Below are positions 9,122 to 21,056 of a stretch of 64,000 nt of DNA, piece by piece. Source of the stretch: Flectonema sp. DT1601 (Eukaryota). The position numbers and the translations under genes are program-made. Below the pieces are notes generated by a model, which was not told where the DNA came from, ran no database searches, and was given only the letters and a program-made list of their open reading frames with translations. Numbering within the stretch: the first letter of the stretch is position 1; each line of letters opens with the position of its first letter. The DNA is taken from the NCBI GenBank assembly GCA_964019425.1, contig OZ025780.1, positions 1,364,001 to 1,428,000 on the forward strand, given 5' to 3'.

Positions 9122-11560
9122 TTATGATTTAGGGATCTCGAGGCTGTTGTGTTCTATGAGAGAGTGTCGTCGAACTACCGCCACGTCCAATGCTGATTGC
9201 AGATCCGACAATACTTGTTTACGGTATGTAAACCTACCAACCAATTCATTCATAAACCGCATTGATGTTGTTCTCTCTACTGAGTACTCGCTACACTCTG
9301 GACACCAGTGAGTTGATTCTTTTGGTTTTTTTTGTTGAATGCATGAAGAGCAGAACACATGTCCACATGGATGACATATAGTCGGGTCGGACATTATTTC
9401 TAAACAAGAAGAGCATGACATGCAAGATTCAGAAGCTTCTTCAGCAGCAAGAAGTTTTTTAATAGCTATTTGTGTTTCAGATTGAACTAATTGGAGTTCT
9501 GATAAGCATGCTGTGACTTCGGTATCCCGAAGCTTCATATCCGATACGGTTTTTGATAAAATTTCATTTTGCTTTTCCTGACTCTCCAACTTTCTCATTA
9601 AATCCTCATTCTTCTTAACGACCTCCAGTTCTTTTAGTAGTTTTTGATTTTCCGTTTCAAGCTTTGAAATTTTACTATTCTTTTGCTTAATGTCATCACT
9701 CAGTTCTCGCTGTTTTTCTCCCGCATAAGAGCTTATTTTATTGAGTTGATTTTGAGAGTTTTCTAACTCCCTTTCGAGTCTGCTCTCAATGCTCGTCTTG
9801 TCAACTAAAATCGATTTTATGCGTTCCTCCGCAATGCGAAGATTTTCTACCGCAACAGTGTAGTCTTGTTGAAGACTTTGATGATGATGTTGTGATTCTC
9901 TGAGGGTCGATAATTGAGAGAGGAGGTCGCTGTTTGCTGTTTTTGCTTTGAGAAGCTCTTCAGTTGAAGCAGCTTTCAACTCTTCTATAGATAAGTGCAT
10001 TTGTTTATTTTTTGACAAACTATTTGATATGTTCACATGATCAGTTTTTTGCTGCATCTCCAAAGACGATATCTTATCTTTGAGAGTTGTCATTTCCAAA
10101 CGAGCATTGCGCAAACTATCTGAAGCGTTGCTGTTTGCTGCTAACTGATTGCTGTTACTTTTCTCTAGTTCCTCAATTTTGTGTTGTAAAGTTTCTCTTG
10201 AGTTCGATAACAATGCCAACTGCTGTCTAATTGTACATATGTTTTCATCTTTTGACACTAACAGGTCTTCCAATCTGGTTCTCTCAGCAATAATATCAGA
10301 ACAAGTTTCATTTAAATTCCTCAACTCAGATATCGTTGACTCCAGATTACATTTTATCATGAAACGATCAGCAACGACATTATCAAATTCTGTAATCATC
10401 ACATTAGCATATTCTCTCATATCTGAACAAGTTGGTGTGGATAATGAATTCTTATGAAGACATAATCGGATTAGTTCAGTTGCAGTCGAGGTGCTTGAAA
10501 TGAAATTAGAAATTGATTTAAGTTGATCAGCGCATCCCGTTGGTGAAGAAGTTGTTGTAGTGTTTGATATTTCTTTAACTGTAGATTTGATTGAGTGTAA
10601 TTCTGATATTAGATTCGTGATTTCATGATCCTTGTTGTCAACAATAGAACTCATCGATCTCACGGAATTTGATAAATCTGTTTGAGTTTTCGAACCTTGA
10701 AGTTGTTGAGATCTAAGTTGACTTTGTAATTTTTCAATTTCACACTGAAATCCTTCTTGGTCAGACAGTAACAGTGAAATTCTACTTTCATTTTTTTTAA
10801 TTTTCGAATCAGCAGTATTCTTTTCTTCAATCAAATCATGTGTCACTGCATTGAAATTTTCAACACTACCGCAAACACTTTGTAAGCCATCTTTTAAAGC
10901 TATCATTCGGCTTGAGAGCGGCAGTGCCTCATCAAGCTCTTTTTCATCATTTGTGTCTCTGCGAAGGCTAGTCAATAAAGGTGATTTCTTGCCTACTGAG
11001 TGATACATTAACTTAGTGCCATTTGATAAAGTTTTCGAAACATTTTCTAATTCATAAACTAGTTGAGTGCAATTTATGATATCTTCTTTGTATTGTAAAA
11101 GAGATCTGTTTTTCTGTGATGTTTTATTATACTGTGACTGTAGATCATGAATAGTTTCAGTAGAGGTACTTATCACTCGTTGCAGGTCTGATTGAGTAGT
11201 TGCTGATTGCGTTTTGAAATCAGAAAATTCCTGAGTCTGTTTGTGTAATTCTAATTTGATACTTTCAAGTTGCTGAAGTTCTCTAACTAGAATGTTGTTC
11301 TTTTGTTCTAACTCAGTAACGTTTTTATGACTTCGTTCGACCCTCCCTCGCTCATCAGAATATATATCTGAAAGACTCTCAAAGTTTCTCTGAACAGCAT
11401 TTATCGCGTCAGTTCGATTCTCTAACTCTTTCTTTTGTTCCGTTAATTTTACTTTAAGTATAGCTATGTAATCTTCTGTAGTTTTTGTGTCGGCTCGACT
11501 GGGTTCACTCCCTCCAGCAACATTCCGTGTGGCCTTCAGTTCTTTAACTATTCGGGACAT
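9122..11560 (-). CDS. Long coiled-coil protein with C-terminal C3HC4 RING finger (putative E3 ligase), 812 aa
   Basis: Heptad-rich E/K/L/Q body; CSSC...CHPCGHVFCSSC...CPEC RING motif; upstream AAAACAG acceptor. Confidence 0.88.
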   Translation of the reverse strand: MSRIVKELKATRNVAGGSEPSRADTKTTEDYIAILKVKLTEQKKELENRTDAINAVQRNFESLSDIYSDERGRVERSHKNVTELEQKNNILVRELQQLESIKLELHKQTQEFSDFKTQSATTQSDLQRVISTSTETIHDLQSQYNKTSQKNRSLLQYKEDIINCTQLVYELENVSKTLSNGTKLMYHSVGKKSPLLTSLRRDTNDEKELDEALPLSSRMIALKDGLQSVCGSVENFNAVTHDLIEEKNTADSKIKKNESRISLLLSDQEGFQCEIEKLQSQLRSQQLQGSKTQTDLSNSVRSMSSIVDNKDHEITNLISELHSIKSTVKEISNTTTTSSPTGCADQLKSISNFISSTSTATELIRLCLHKNSLSTPTCSDMREYANVMITEFDNVVADRFMIKCNLESTISELRNLNETCSDIIAERTRLEDLLVSKDENICTIRQQLALLSNSRETLQHKIEELEKSNSNQLAANSNASDSLRNARLEMTTLKDKISSLEMQQKTDHVNISNSLSKNKQMHLSIEELKAASTEELLKAKTANSDLLSQLSTLRESQHHHQSLQQDYTVAVENLRIAEERIKSILVDKTSIESRLERELENSQNQLNKISSYAGEKQRELSDDIKQKNSKISKLETENQKLLKELEVVKKNEDLMRKLESQEKQNEILSKTVSDMKLRDTEVTACLSELQLVQSETQIAIKKLLAAEEASESCMSCSSCLEIMSDPTICHPCGHVFCSSCIQQKKPKESTHWCPECSEYSVERTTSMRFMNELVGRFTYRKQVLSDLQSALDVAVVRRHSLIEHNSLEIPKS

Positions 11561-13846
11561 TCGTATCCCGTTCTTGTTGAAGACCTGTTTTGAAAATATT
11601 AAAATAAAAACACGACAAAAGTGATGACAAAATCTATTAGGAGCAGGGAACAGGCGGTAAACAATCGTTTACTGCTGACAAGTACTTACAAATGGAAGAG
11701 AGGGGAAAAGGTTCTTGCGGTAGGCTTGTTTGGCCTGGAGCAAGAAACTGTTTTTAAAAAAAAACATCTAAGAAAAAAGAGTAGGAAAAAAATCAAAACG
11801 GGAAGCTAAAAAAAGCGAACTAAACGGACGAAGACAACATAAAACACCATCTCGAACGCCTATTTTCAGCTTTTTTTTTTTTTTAAATCGGTCTGGAATG
11901 AGAGTACCAGTCGAAATAAAAAGCTAATCTGAATTGCTTTTTTTTTTCCTCCTGCCCAGTCACGAATAACCAGGCAGACACCCTGGGCTAGAAGAGTGTT
12001 GCCAGCTGCTTAATTCAGAAGGCGGAAAACGGAGAGAGAGAAAGAGAGAGTGTGTGTGTGTGTTTGATAAGGAGACACTCTTAAGTACACTACATAACAA
12101 TTCCGCTTTTTTTTTTTTTTTTTTTTCCTCCTTTCACGTGTTGTTTCAACAACGTGTGCAGAATATCATGTTTTCTGATACCAACTCCTAAATAACAGAG
12201 AGCCATACAACACACAGGAGCATAACAAAGAGACTGCTCTGAATTAATCATATTGCATTGTAGCTGTGTGGTATGAGAGCTACCTCACAGCGATATTGTA
12301 AATAATAAACAATAAGTTGTTTAAAAAGAAGAGAATAATGCAACATTTTGGATTTTTTTTTTTGATGTCCTTCTAAAGAATAAAAGCTAACTTAAGCTGG
12401 ATGATGATTTATTTATTTTTATTTATTTTATTTTTCAATAGAAGGAAGAGGGCAGGGAGGGGATGGGTTCTTATATCTAAAATCTATTAGCAGAATATAC
12501 AATAAAATAGCAGAGCGGCAAAAAAAAAAAACGCTGCGAACAACAACACCAAAAAAAAAAAAAAAGGGAACCCTCTGTTTATCTATGGTTGTGTATTAAC
12601 ATTTCACAAAACAATAAAGGAGGGATAAACTAGATTTAAACAACAAAAAAAAAAAAAAAAAATTAAAAAACTAATCCTCAGGTGGACACCCGCAATGGTA
12701 ATATCCTGCCTGGTGTACAAATTGTTTTTAAATTTTTTTTTTTTTTTTTTTTTCATCTTAAATATAATGGTTTCATGACTCTAAAGATTTAAATTTTTTT
12801 TTAATACTTCACCTAAACAAAAAAAAACTCAGCTAAGTCTACACAAAAATGGATGAAAAAGCTATTGGTATCAAGTACCACAAGTAAACCTTTTCCTTTA
12901 TATTGATTTCTAGTTCTGAACTTGATATTCAATTGGACTGAGAGAGCTACAAAGGATTATATATCCTTCTCAACATTCTTTTTTGTTTCATACAAAAAGT
13001 ATAAAAAAAGAAACCATATCCTGAAGACAGTATTGCACCCCAGATTTATTTTCTTGTTGTTGTTGTTGTGTTTGCTCTAGTAAAAAACTACTCAAAAAAA
13101 AAAAAATAGAAAAAAGGAAAACAATGGGGGAAAAAAAAATGGAGGGGTGGAAACGAAAAAAGAATATTTACTTTAAGGGTGACTCTACAGAGTGATGACT
13201 CTAAAAAAAGAAAAAAATTAAAAAAGAATTTAAAAAAAAAGTCTTTTTCATTGGATTCCAAGGGAGAAATAAACCACAACCACACAGCATAACGATAATT
13301 TGAAATTATTAATTTATACAGTGATTGGCCAGTGATAATATTATTTTTAATTTTAATTTTTATTTTTTGCCCATAGCAAATGAAAAAATCCCAAGGGCGA
13401 CAAAAAAACATTTAATAACATAAGCCAACTACTTTTTTTTTTTTTTTTTTTTTTTTTTTGTTGAATATCGAAAGATAAACAAAGCCAATAATATGGCTTC
13501 TTCAAAAACCCACGAGAGAGAGGAAAAAAAAAAAAAAAAAAGAAAAAAAGAAATCAGCTAGAAGTAATTGAAGGTGGTTAGGGCAACGCAATTACCTGCA
13601 GAAATACGGCAGGGGGTTGGAAACTGGTAACCCGTTTATGTTTTAAAGGGAAACCATTCCGACAGCATTTTTTTTTTTTTTTTTTTTTTTTTCCCTTCAC
13701 TTCCCCACACTTCAGACAGTTTGACTTCAAAAAAAATCTTTTTTTAAATTCTATTGTGTTTGTTCTTTTCCTTACTCCAAAAACCAGGAGCAAAATCTGA
13801 CAAAAAAAAAAAAAAAATCTAATTTAAAAGGAGCGATATAGAGACC

Positions 13847-14914
13847 TTAGTCTTTCTTAACGTAGTAATATAACCCAAGTGGAGGTCTCATTAGTCTGTC
13901 CATTTGGTAAGCAAGTGCCATTCCTTGCTCCTTTGACATGGTCATGAAAGCAAGTGGAAGGCCAAGTTCATAAGTATCAAGTACACTACATGGAAGTAAC
14001 GAATGACTACTTAAGTACGCAGGCACAGACATTCCCCGACCAACTGCGTCTGCAGCACCAGTGACAATAGTTGCTACACCAAGAAGTGTGCGATCGCGTT
14101 CCCTGTTGTTTTTTTTTTAGTTTTTAGTGTAAAGTCCATAATAATGATACGGAATAAAAACATACATTAAATCACCAGTGAAATCTTCCACCATAATAGC
14201 ATTCTGTTGATTAAACTTACAACAGTTTGGAGTGTTCTCAACGATAATAACTTTATCCATTGACCTTCCCAATAAGGTGAGATCTTTTGTGTGAGTACCT
14301 TCAGTAAACCAGTCAGAATTACGGTAAATAATGTGATGAAAAAATTCACCCTTTGGATCAATTTGATGGAGAACATGTTTGCCGGTTTCTTCAGTAGACG
14401 CGGTCCATAAAACGATTTCTGCTAACTCACGTAGGATGTGAAACATATGCATTAAATAATGACGCGGGGTCGCAGATGATAAACCAGGTCGGCGGTTGGA
14501 TACAAGTGTTTCATCAAGATCAAATACTACAGTTAGCTTACCTGAATGGCGATCTGATTGTGGAGGAAGTAGAAATTTTTGACATTCAATTTCCGACCTA
14601 CCAACAGGACTGTATCCCAACCTACACCCAGTAGGACTATCACTAGTCTCTGATGGTGGTGCTGGAGTACTTTCTGCTGGACTAGATTGCTCTTCATCAC
14701 TACCTCTCGTAGGAGGAGTATAAAACATATCCTTAGGTGGTGGTGTCACTCCACCAGAAGACAACCTCGGAAGCATTGGTTTTGGAGGAGGGGTGACCTG
14801 TTGATATCCTCCCATACGTTCTTTTCTTGCACTGCATGACTGTTCTCTGTTCTGCGGTATATTTGGATTTATAACCGCAAACGGTTTCCTAGTGGTGGGA
14901 CGGTTGGTCATCAT
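13847..14914 (-). CDS. NIF/FCP1-SCP family HAD phosphatase (CTD-small-phosphatase-like), ~334 aa; exons 14166-14914 and 13847-14102
   Basis: LTVVFDLDETLV (DxDxT), EIVLWTAS and KDLTLLGRSMDKVIIVEN motifs. A 63-nt GTATGT...CAACAG intron joins the two ORF-track pieces in frame (DLM/ERDRTLL). Start placed at MMTNRP. Confidence 0.88.
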
Positions 14915-15533
14915 TTTTTTTTTTTTTTTTTCCCTTCTTCTTTTCCCTTCTTCTGTGAAAAAGTTTTTCAGGAGAAAGAAAAAAAAACGGAATCGACTTT
15001 TTTTTATATCAAAGTCCAAACTTCAGAATACCCATTGACCTCATGACACCTATAGGTGAAATTAAATTAATACGACTAACAAGCGTGTGTCACTTGATGA
15101 TGATTACGTCAGAGATACAAATAAGAACCCTTTCAAAGATAGAACAGCTACACAAGTTTACTAATCATTCATAAATGGATAGACACGTATCCTTCCGTGC
15201 AAGTAGGAAGGGCTGTAGTCAAAAAGGTAAGAAGGACTGCCTGATTTAAACTATAACGACGGAACTGAAACGGAATCCTTTTTTTTTCTTTTTTTTTTCA
15301 TATTCGTTAGTTGCCTAACGATATCTCGCCAGCTGTTACGCATGACAATTCATAACACTGATGTTTTCTATGATGCTGTCGTAAACCAGCTTAGTCAGAT
15401 AACAATAAGCGAAGGAATAGAATTAAGCACAATGCAAAACATTGTTGTACAACAGCAGTTAAACTTCAACATGAATGGAAACAAAAATTTTAATTTACCT
15501 TATATTACCACATATCGGTTTTCAGAGGTACAC

Positions 15534-15567
<34 letters not shown>

Positions 15568-16587
15568 GACAGAGCACTCTGTGGTAAGCCAAACACATTA
15601 ACACGAAACAAAGAATGAGAAAAAAAAGAAATTAAAATAATTAGATTAAACAACACGCGGTAAATGCACTACAAAAAAAAAAAAAAAAAAAAAAAGCCTC
15701 AGTATAGAGAAGCAAGGCATGAGACTAGTTGATAGGTGCCTTGTTGAATACAACAGAACTAAAAGAAGGAAAGAAGGGATCACAATTTCACAGCACCAGC
15801 ACCACGGTTGGCATTTTGCATGGCGGATGCTGATAAATAATGAACCACACAAGAATAAAAAAAAAAAGGAGGGGGGAAAGTTAGTTTTTTTTTTTTTTTT
15901 TTTGAAATTGAAAATTAACTACAAGAAGACCTCAGGACGAGTACAGCTGAAATGATATTTAGTATCGCTATGCAAAGTCCAAAGTAGAAGTTAAAGCTTT
16001 TGCACATCAATAAATCGCTTAGTATGTTGGGAATACACAAACGAAGGCGATGATGTTACATTGCGTGTATCAAAAGAAAAAAAAAAAAAAACAGGAAACG
16101 CGACTATAAAAAGTTAAACCTTTATAAATGATGATAGTATACTACAAGCATTCAGAGGATATTTCGTGTTTAAACGAAAAAAAAAAAAAAACGAAAAAAA
16201 AAAAAAATAAAAACAGGAAAATGTTCCAAACAAGAATCATACATGTGGGAATCAGAAAAACGTAATCATAAAAGAGGCGTTTAGTTTTTTTTTATTCATT
16301 TATTTATTTATTTTATTTTTTCTTTGCATATGAACAAAGCAATTATTTAAAGGATATCGTTACTATAAAAGAGTAAACAATTAAAACACAAAAATCACGA
16401 TAGAGAAACTACTACATGTTCCTATTTATCAATGAGACTATAATGCAATTCGCAATTAAACAAAAAAAAAAAGAAAAAAAAAAGAAAAAAAATGGTAAAA
16501 TGGTTTTTTTTTAAATATGACTCTAAAACCATGTTTTTTTAAAAAAAGCTCTCCGCATGCTTTGATCACAGCAAGTCTAAACAACGC

Positions 16588-17595
16588 CTACACCGAAGAG
16601 TAAGATCCTCCACATAAACGACGTAAGCTTCTCCACAAAAATATAATTCCGTCTTTTTCCAATTTAGGAAGGTCTTTCCAAAATTCGATGTTTGGAATCT
16701 GTTGGTTTTTTTGTTTTTTTTGTTTTTTTTTCCCCAATATTACATGAGTAGTTATTTCATGTAACGATACAAATACATACCATTTCGATTCCCCTTCGCT
16801 CTTTAGCTTTAAAGTTGTACAGGGATCCTACTGCAAGGTACACCACAGGGAGTGTGAAGACTAGAATCTGTTTTTAATTTTTTTTTTGTTGTTCTTTGTA
16901 GGTTCATAATTAATGTTTCTATTTATTTGAAAACAGTTGTGGGATCATACAATGAAAATACAGCCACCTCCACAACCACCACCACCACCACCACCGCTGC
17001 CGGCGCCAATGATACCAGCACTGAGATTTGGTGCTCCCGAAATAATAACAGAGCTCTCATAGAATGAACAAGTTGACTTTATAGTAGTGCCGTCGGTATC
17101 ATGAACACAACATCCTAAGGCACTGTATGACTCGCAGCATTCCCGACAGCGTTCAGCAGAAAGGTATCCGCATCGCTTTTCACCAGCTGGAGAGTCCGAG
17201 CACGACTTTCCAGCAGCAAACCCGCTGAACTTTTCCTCCATAGTAGGTGTTGGAAACATGGGAAGTATCGCACCCTTAGCGCTACGTGCACCACCAGCCC
17301 AGTCTGCTGATTGATCAAATGTCCATCCCTTACCTCCAGAGGGATCTGGATTTCCTAACTGACAAGGGTTTCTCGTAGATAGCGACATGTCGAACTGCCA
17401 CACTACGCAGTGTTCACTGCTTTGTCCGTCACAGCAAGTTTGCATGCAGGTTTGCGGATCAGTTATTGCTGGCGCATCAAACAAGTTATTTACCATAAAC
17501 CCAGAGGTATCTACATCGAATATCCCAGCAGAACATATCGGTGTCGGTGACGGTACTGAAAGAGCTAAACAGATTACTGCTGCCAATGCTGACAT
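16588..17595 (-). CDS. Type I membrane protein with a cation-dependent M6PR/ATG27-like TM and cytosolic tail and Cys-rich PAN/Apple-like lumenal domains, ~280 aa; exons 16951-17595, 16781-16867, 16588-16698
   Basis: Signal peptide. Two phase-0 introns (83 and 82 nt) yield ...VYLAVGSLYNFKAKERRGIEMIPNIEFWKDLPKLEKDGIIFLW...YSSV*, matching the M6PR/ATG27 tail pattern. Confidence 0.85.
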
Positions 17596-18996
17596 TTTAT
17601 AATTAAGAGGCTGCTAGTATGATATAAATCTACTTAAGAAATACAAAAATAATTTTTGGGATCTTGTTCTCTTCGCATGCTTCTTTGGGATTTGTTTTCC
17701 TGGAAAAAGAATACAAGTTTTAGTTTTTTTTTTTTTTTTTTTTTTTTTCCACCAGAATAAAATTAACAAAGCAGTTTGCAATCAATACAAATACTACGAA
17801 TAGATAATTCCCTTTTTAATTTGCCTCAAAGAAGGGGGAGAAGAAAAAGAAAATAGAGCACTAGACAATGCTTCACTCAAGTCAACACAGGCTAACGGCA
17901 AGTTTCACGAAACAGCAGACAAGTGCCCTTGCGCTGAGTGTAGTTTGATGGACAGAATTGGTGTACTGGGATCGTAATCTTTTTTTTTTTTTTTTCTTTT
18001 TTTCTATTGACGTTATTTATAACCTCGCTCCATAATGGGATTCACGCTCATATGAGGGGAAAAAAAGAAAGAAGAAGAAGAAGAAGAAGAGAAGAAATTT
18101 ATCATATTCATCACCACGTTCATTAGGAGAAGCACAATAACCAATGCGGGTAAGCGGGTGTGTTCATTTTTTTTAAACCGTTATCTTCAAAATCATATAT
18201 AAAAAAAAACAACTCAATTCGCAACTGCTTGTCACAAGCAGAAGGCAGTCATTCACAGACAAAAAAAGAAATCACTGCACAAAGTGAACTACAACTTCCA
18301 GACTAAAACTTAATTTTATTTTTTCAACAGTAAATAGATTGAAGGAGAAAATGCAAAGAAAAGGAAGGGGGAAAACAATGTTTTTTTTTTTTTTTTTTTT
18401 TTTTTTGACACGAAAACACTTGGAAACAAAAAATGACTAAGACGCAGATCTCCTTCTGTCGGCTTGGAAATTAAAAAAAAAAAGAAAAAAGAACAACAAA
18501 AGAAAACGTGCAAAATCATTTAAGTGTATCGCTGTTGCGTGCTTACGGATTACTCAACAATCATTCAAAACAACAAAATTAAAAAATTATTAAAAAAAAA
18601 AACAGCAACAAATCAACAGTAATCCCTATTCTTTTGGCTTTTGTATTCTAGAAATTCTTATTTTTTTAAAACAAAAAAAATAATAATAAATAAACAAAAT
18701 ACAAAAACACACCTCCAGCACTGATCCAGCAACAGACATTATTCTTTTTTTTTCGGATACTTTATAGCAAGAACGGGGGGGTTGAACGTTTGAATTGTAA
18801 AAAAAAATAACTGTATTGTATCATATTAACATAAAACGATAATTTAACATCTGTTAAGGATACAGTGACTTTGGTGATGCTTAACTTAGCCTTCTCAAGC
18901 AAACTATGAGGTTTCGAGAGTAATCCATGTACCTCATACCTCCATAATCTCATCATCAAGAAGGGGGGAATGGGGAAGAAAAAGAAAACCACCGAA

Positions 18997-19031
<35 letters not shown>

Positions 19032-19810
19032 ACAATAACAAAGACCGGGGAAAAAAATAAAAGAGCCCATAAAAGTGGCTTTCTGAGTATATTTCTCCAG
19101 CTATATTTCTTTTCCAAAAGGCGGGAGCGCATGCTTGAGTCATTATGATCGTCGAAAAATGCAAAACTTAAAAGGGTAATAATAGTTAAGAAATCACATA
19201 GCTGCGTTGCAAATTAACAGGTAAAGGCAAAGGCTGCTCCGCTATTGTCACAAAGAAAAAAAAAAAAAAAAGGAGTGGGGGGATTTAATACGATACGAAA
19301 GGGAAGAAGGGGTGAAAAGGCAAAACTCAACGACTTTTTGTTTGAAAAGAAAAGAAAACACGAAATTGTTAAATTTGAGAAAGTGGCATTATTTGCACTA
19401 CTTACTTGTGCGAACATCACATAAAAACACATAATCCATGCGGTATGACAGTTATAGTTTAAAACCTTTAAAGAAAAAAAATAAAGATAAAGATAAAGAT
19501 AAAGATGAAGCTACATTCATTGTCACGCAAAAACTAAATAATTGCTTATGAATAAAAATAGAATACGTTCAGCTCATCTTAAAATTCGCATAAAAACTTA
19601 TGGTAAAAACAAAGCTAACATTCAGTTATGTCTTTCTCATAACATGTACAAATTGTTTTTTACACAAAAACTTTCGATTATTCTTTATGCGTTGTGCTGT
19701 GTTGTGAGCTGGGGAGCAATTCAAAAAACTAAAAAAAAACAACGTCTCTGATGAGAACCAAGGGTAATAAAGATACCAACGGTAAACAGGGACTAGTGAG
19801 TTCTAATTAA

Positions 19811-20200
19811 TATAGTCAGCCTGCTCAGAATATTAGGGGGGGAAGACTGTTTGATTGGGTTCATACGAATATGAATCTCTGTATTGTATCAGAACTCAAT
19901 AATAAAATTAAAAAAACTCATGACACAGTGACTAAAATGTTAATACAGGCTAACACTCTGCAAATAACGTACTTGCTCTACATTATAATCAATGTTTCTA
20001 ACTTATCTGCATACATGTCTCTTTTTCCGTGTTGTCATTCAGTGTAGTACGGAATCGAGTTATTCAATTACGAATTAATCGTGAGCCCTGGGACAGAATA
20101 TTAGGGGGGGTAACTTGATACTAATATTAAAGGGGGGGGTAATTTGATACTGTATTTTCAAGCGGGGGGGTAACTTGATACTTTGCGTTTGCGGGGGGGG
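19811..20200. repeat. G-run repeat cluster: 17-bp box CAGAATATTAGGGGGGG twice (19826, 20094) plus ~30-bp tandem units G7-8 TAA(C/T)TTGATACT; possibly an orphan DNA-transposon end
   Basis: Exact 17-bp duplication 268 bp apart; three GGGGGGGTAAYTTGATACT units and a fourth G8 run between 20104 and 20200. Confidence 0.75.
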
Positions 20201-20651
20201 AAAAACCACACTAAGTACAATGGAAAAACGTATTTTCTATGTTGGCAGCTGTTAACCCACCAGCGTACACACAACTAAAATAAATTAAAAAAAAAAAGGG
20301 AGAAAAAAGAAAATCTCCCGTAGATGAAATGCAAAATGGATTAGCGGATAAAAAAAAAAAACGTTGTTTTTTTACAAAAGAAGAAGAATTTCTCAAAAAA
20401 ACAAGGAATAACGCTACGCGTTTATAGTGCAGAGGGGGATCATTCACTCTTTTTTTAAAAACAAAGAACCGGAATTAAAGTGCTAAACAAGTCGTCTGCA
20501 ACTCGGGGGTAGATCGCGCGATGGATTTTCTTTTTTTTACAGTATGAAGAATAATAACCTTTCGACATACACTAGCTTAAGTAGCATTTGGGAGAATACC
20601 TTCTACAAAACTCTTTTTTTTTTTTTTTTTTTGAAAAACCATAAAAGTTTG

Positions 20652-21056
20652 TGAAATGTCAGATCTCAACACAAAAGTTTCCGAAGTAGACTGAAGCTAT
20701 TTTTTTTGTCAGAGACAAGTCAAAGGGTTAGCTATAATCCTAATAAGAACTGTATGATAAACTCCTGTGACGCCACCTCTCTCATTACGCCTCGTCAGAC
20801 ATCGTACCACCTCGCCCAGATCAGTATCACTGAAAACAGTAGGTCATTAATGGTGTAGGGAACGAAGCCTTGTCTTAAGGAACTTTGACACTCGTTCAGC
20901 CTCAACTGATGTCATCAGGAAATTTGCGCTTAGTTCCCTCATGCTGCTAAGAGTCACACCCGCGTCTGACAGGAGGGAGCGTAGCTTCCCACTAGATTTT
21001 TTTTTTCTTTTTTGCTGTCCACTTCGGAAACTTTTGTGTTGAGATCCGACATTTCA
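20652..21056. repeat. 40-bp inverted repeat pair (20652-20691 / 21017-21056) around a GC-richer core
   Basis: TGAAATGTC(A/G)GATCTCAACACAAAAGTTTCCGAAGT(A/G)GAC, 38/40 identical in opposite orientation. Confidence 0.85.

Noticed and set aside
9122..11560. BRE1 assignment for the coiled-coil RING protein
   Set aside because: The architecture is similar, but the RING is followed by a long tail and I recognise no BRE1-specific motif.
20094..20200. Repeat-spacer pattern suggesting a mini CRISPR array
   Set aside because: Spacers are only ~10-12 nt, repeats are G-homopolymer based, there are no cas genes, and the context is eukaryotic.
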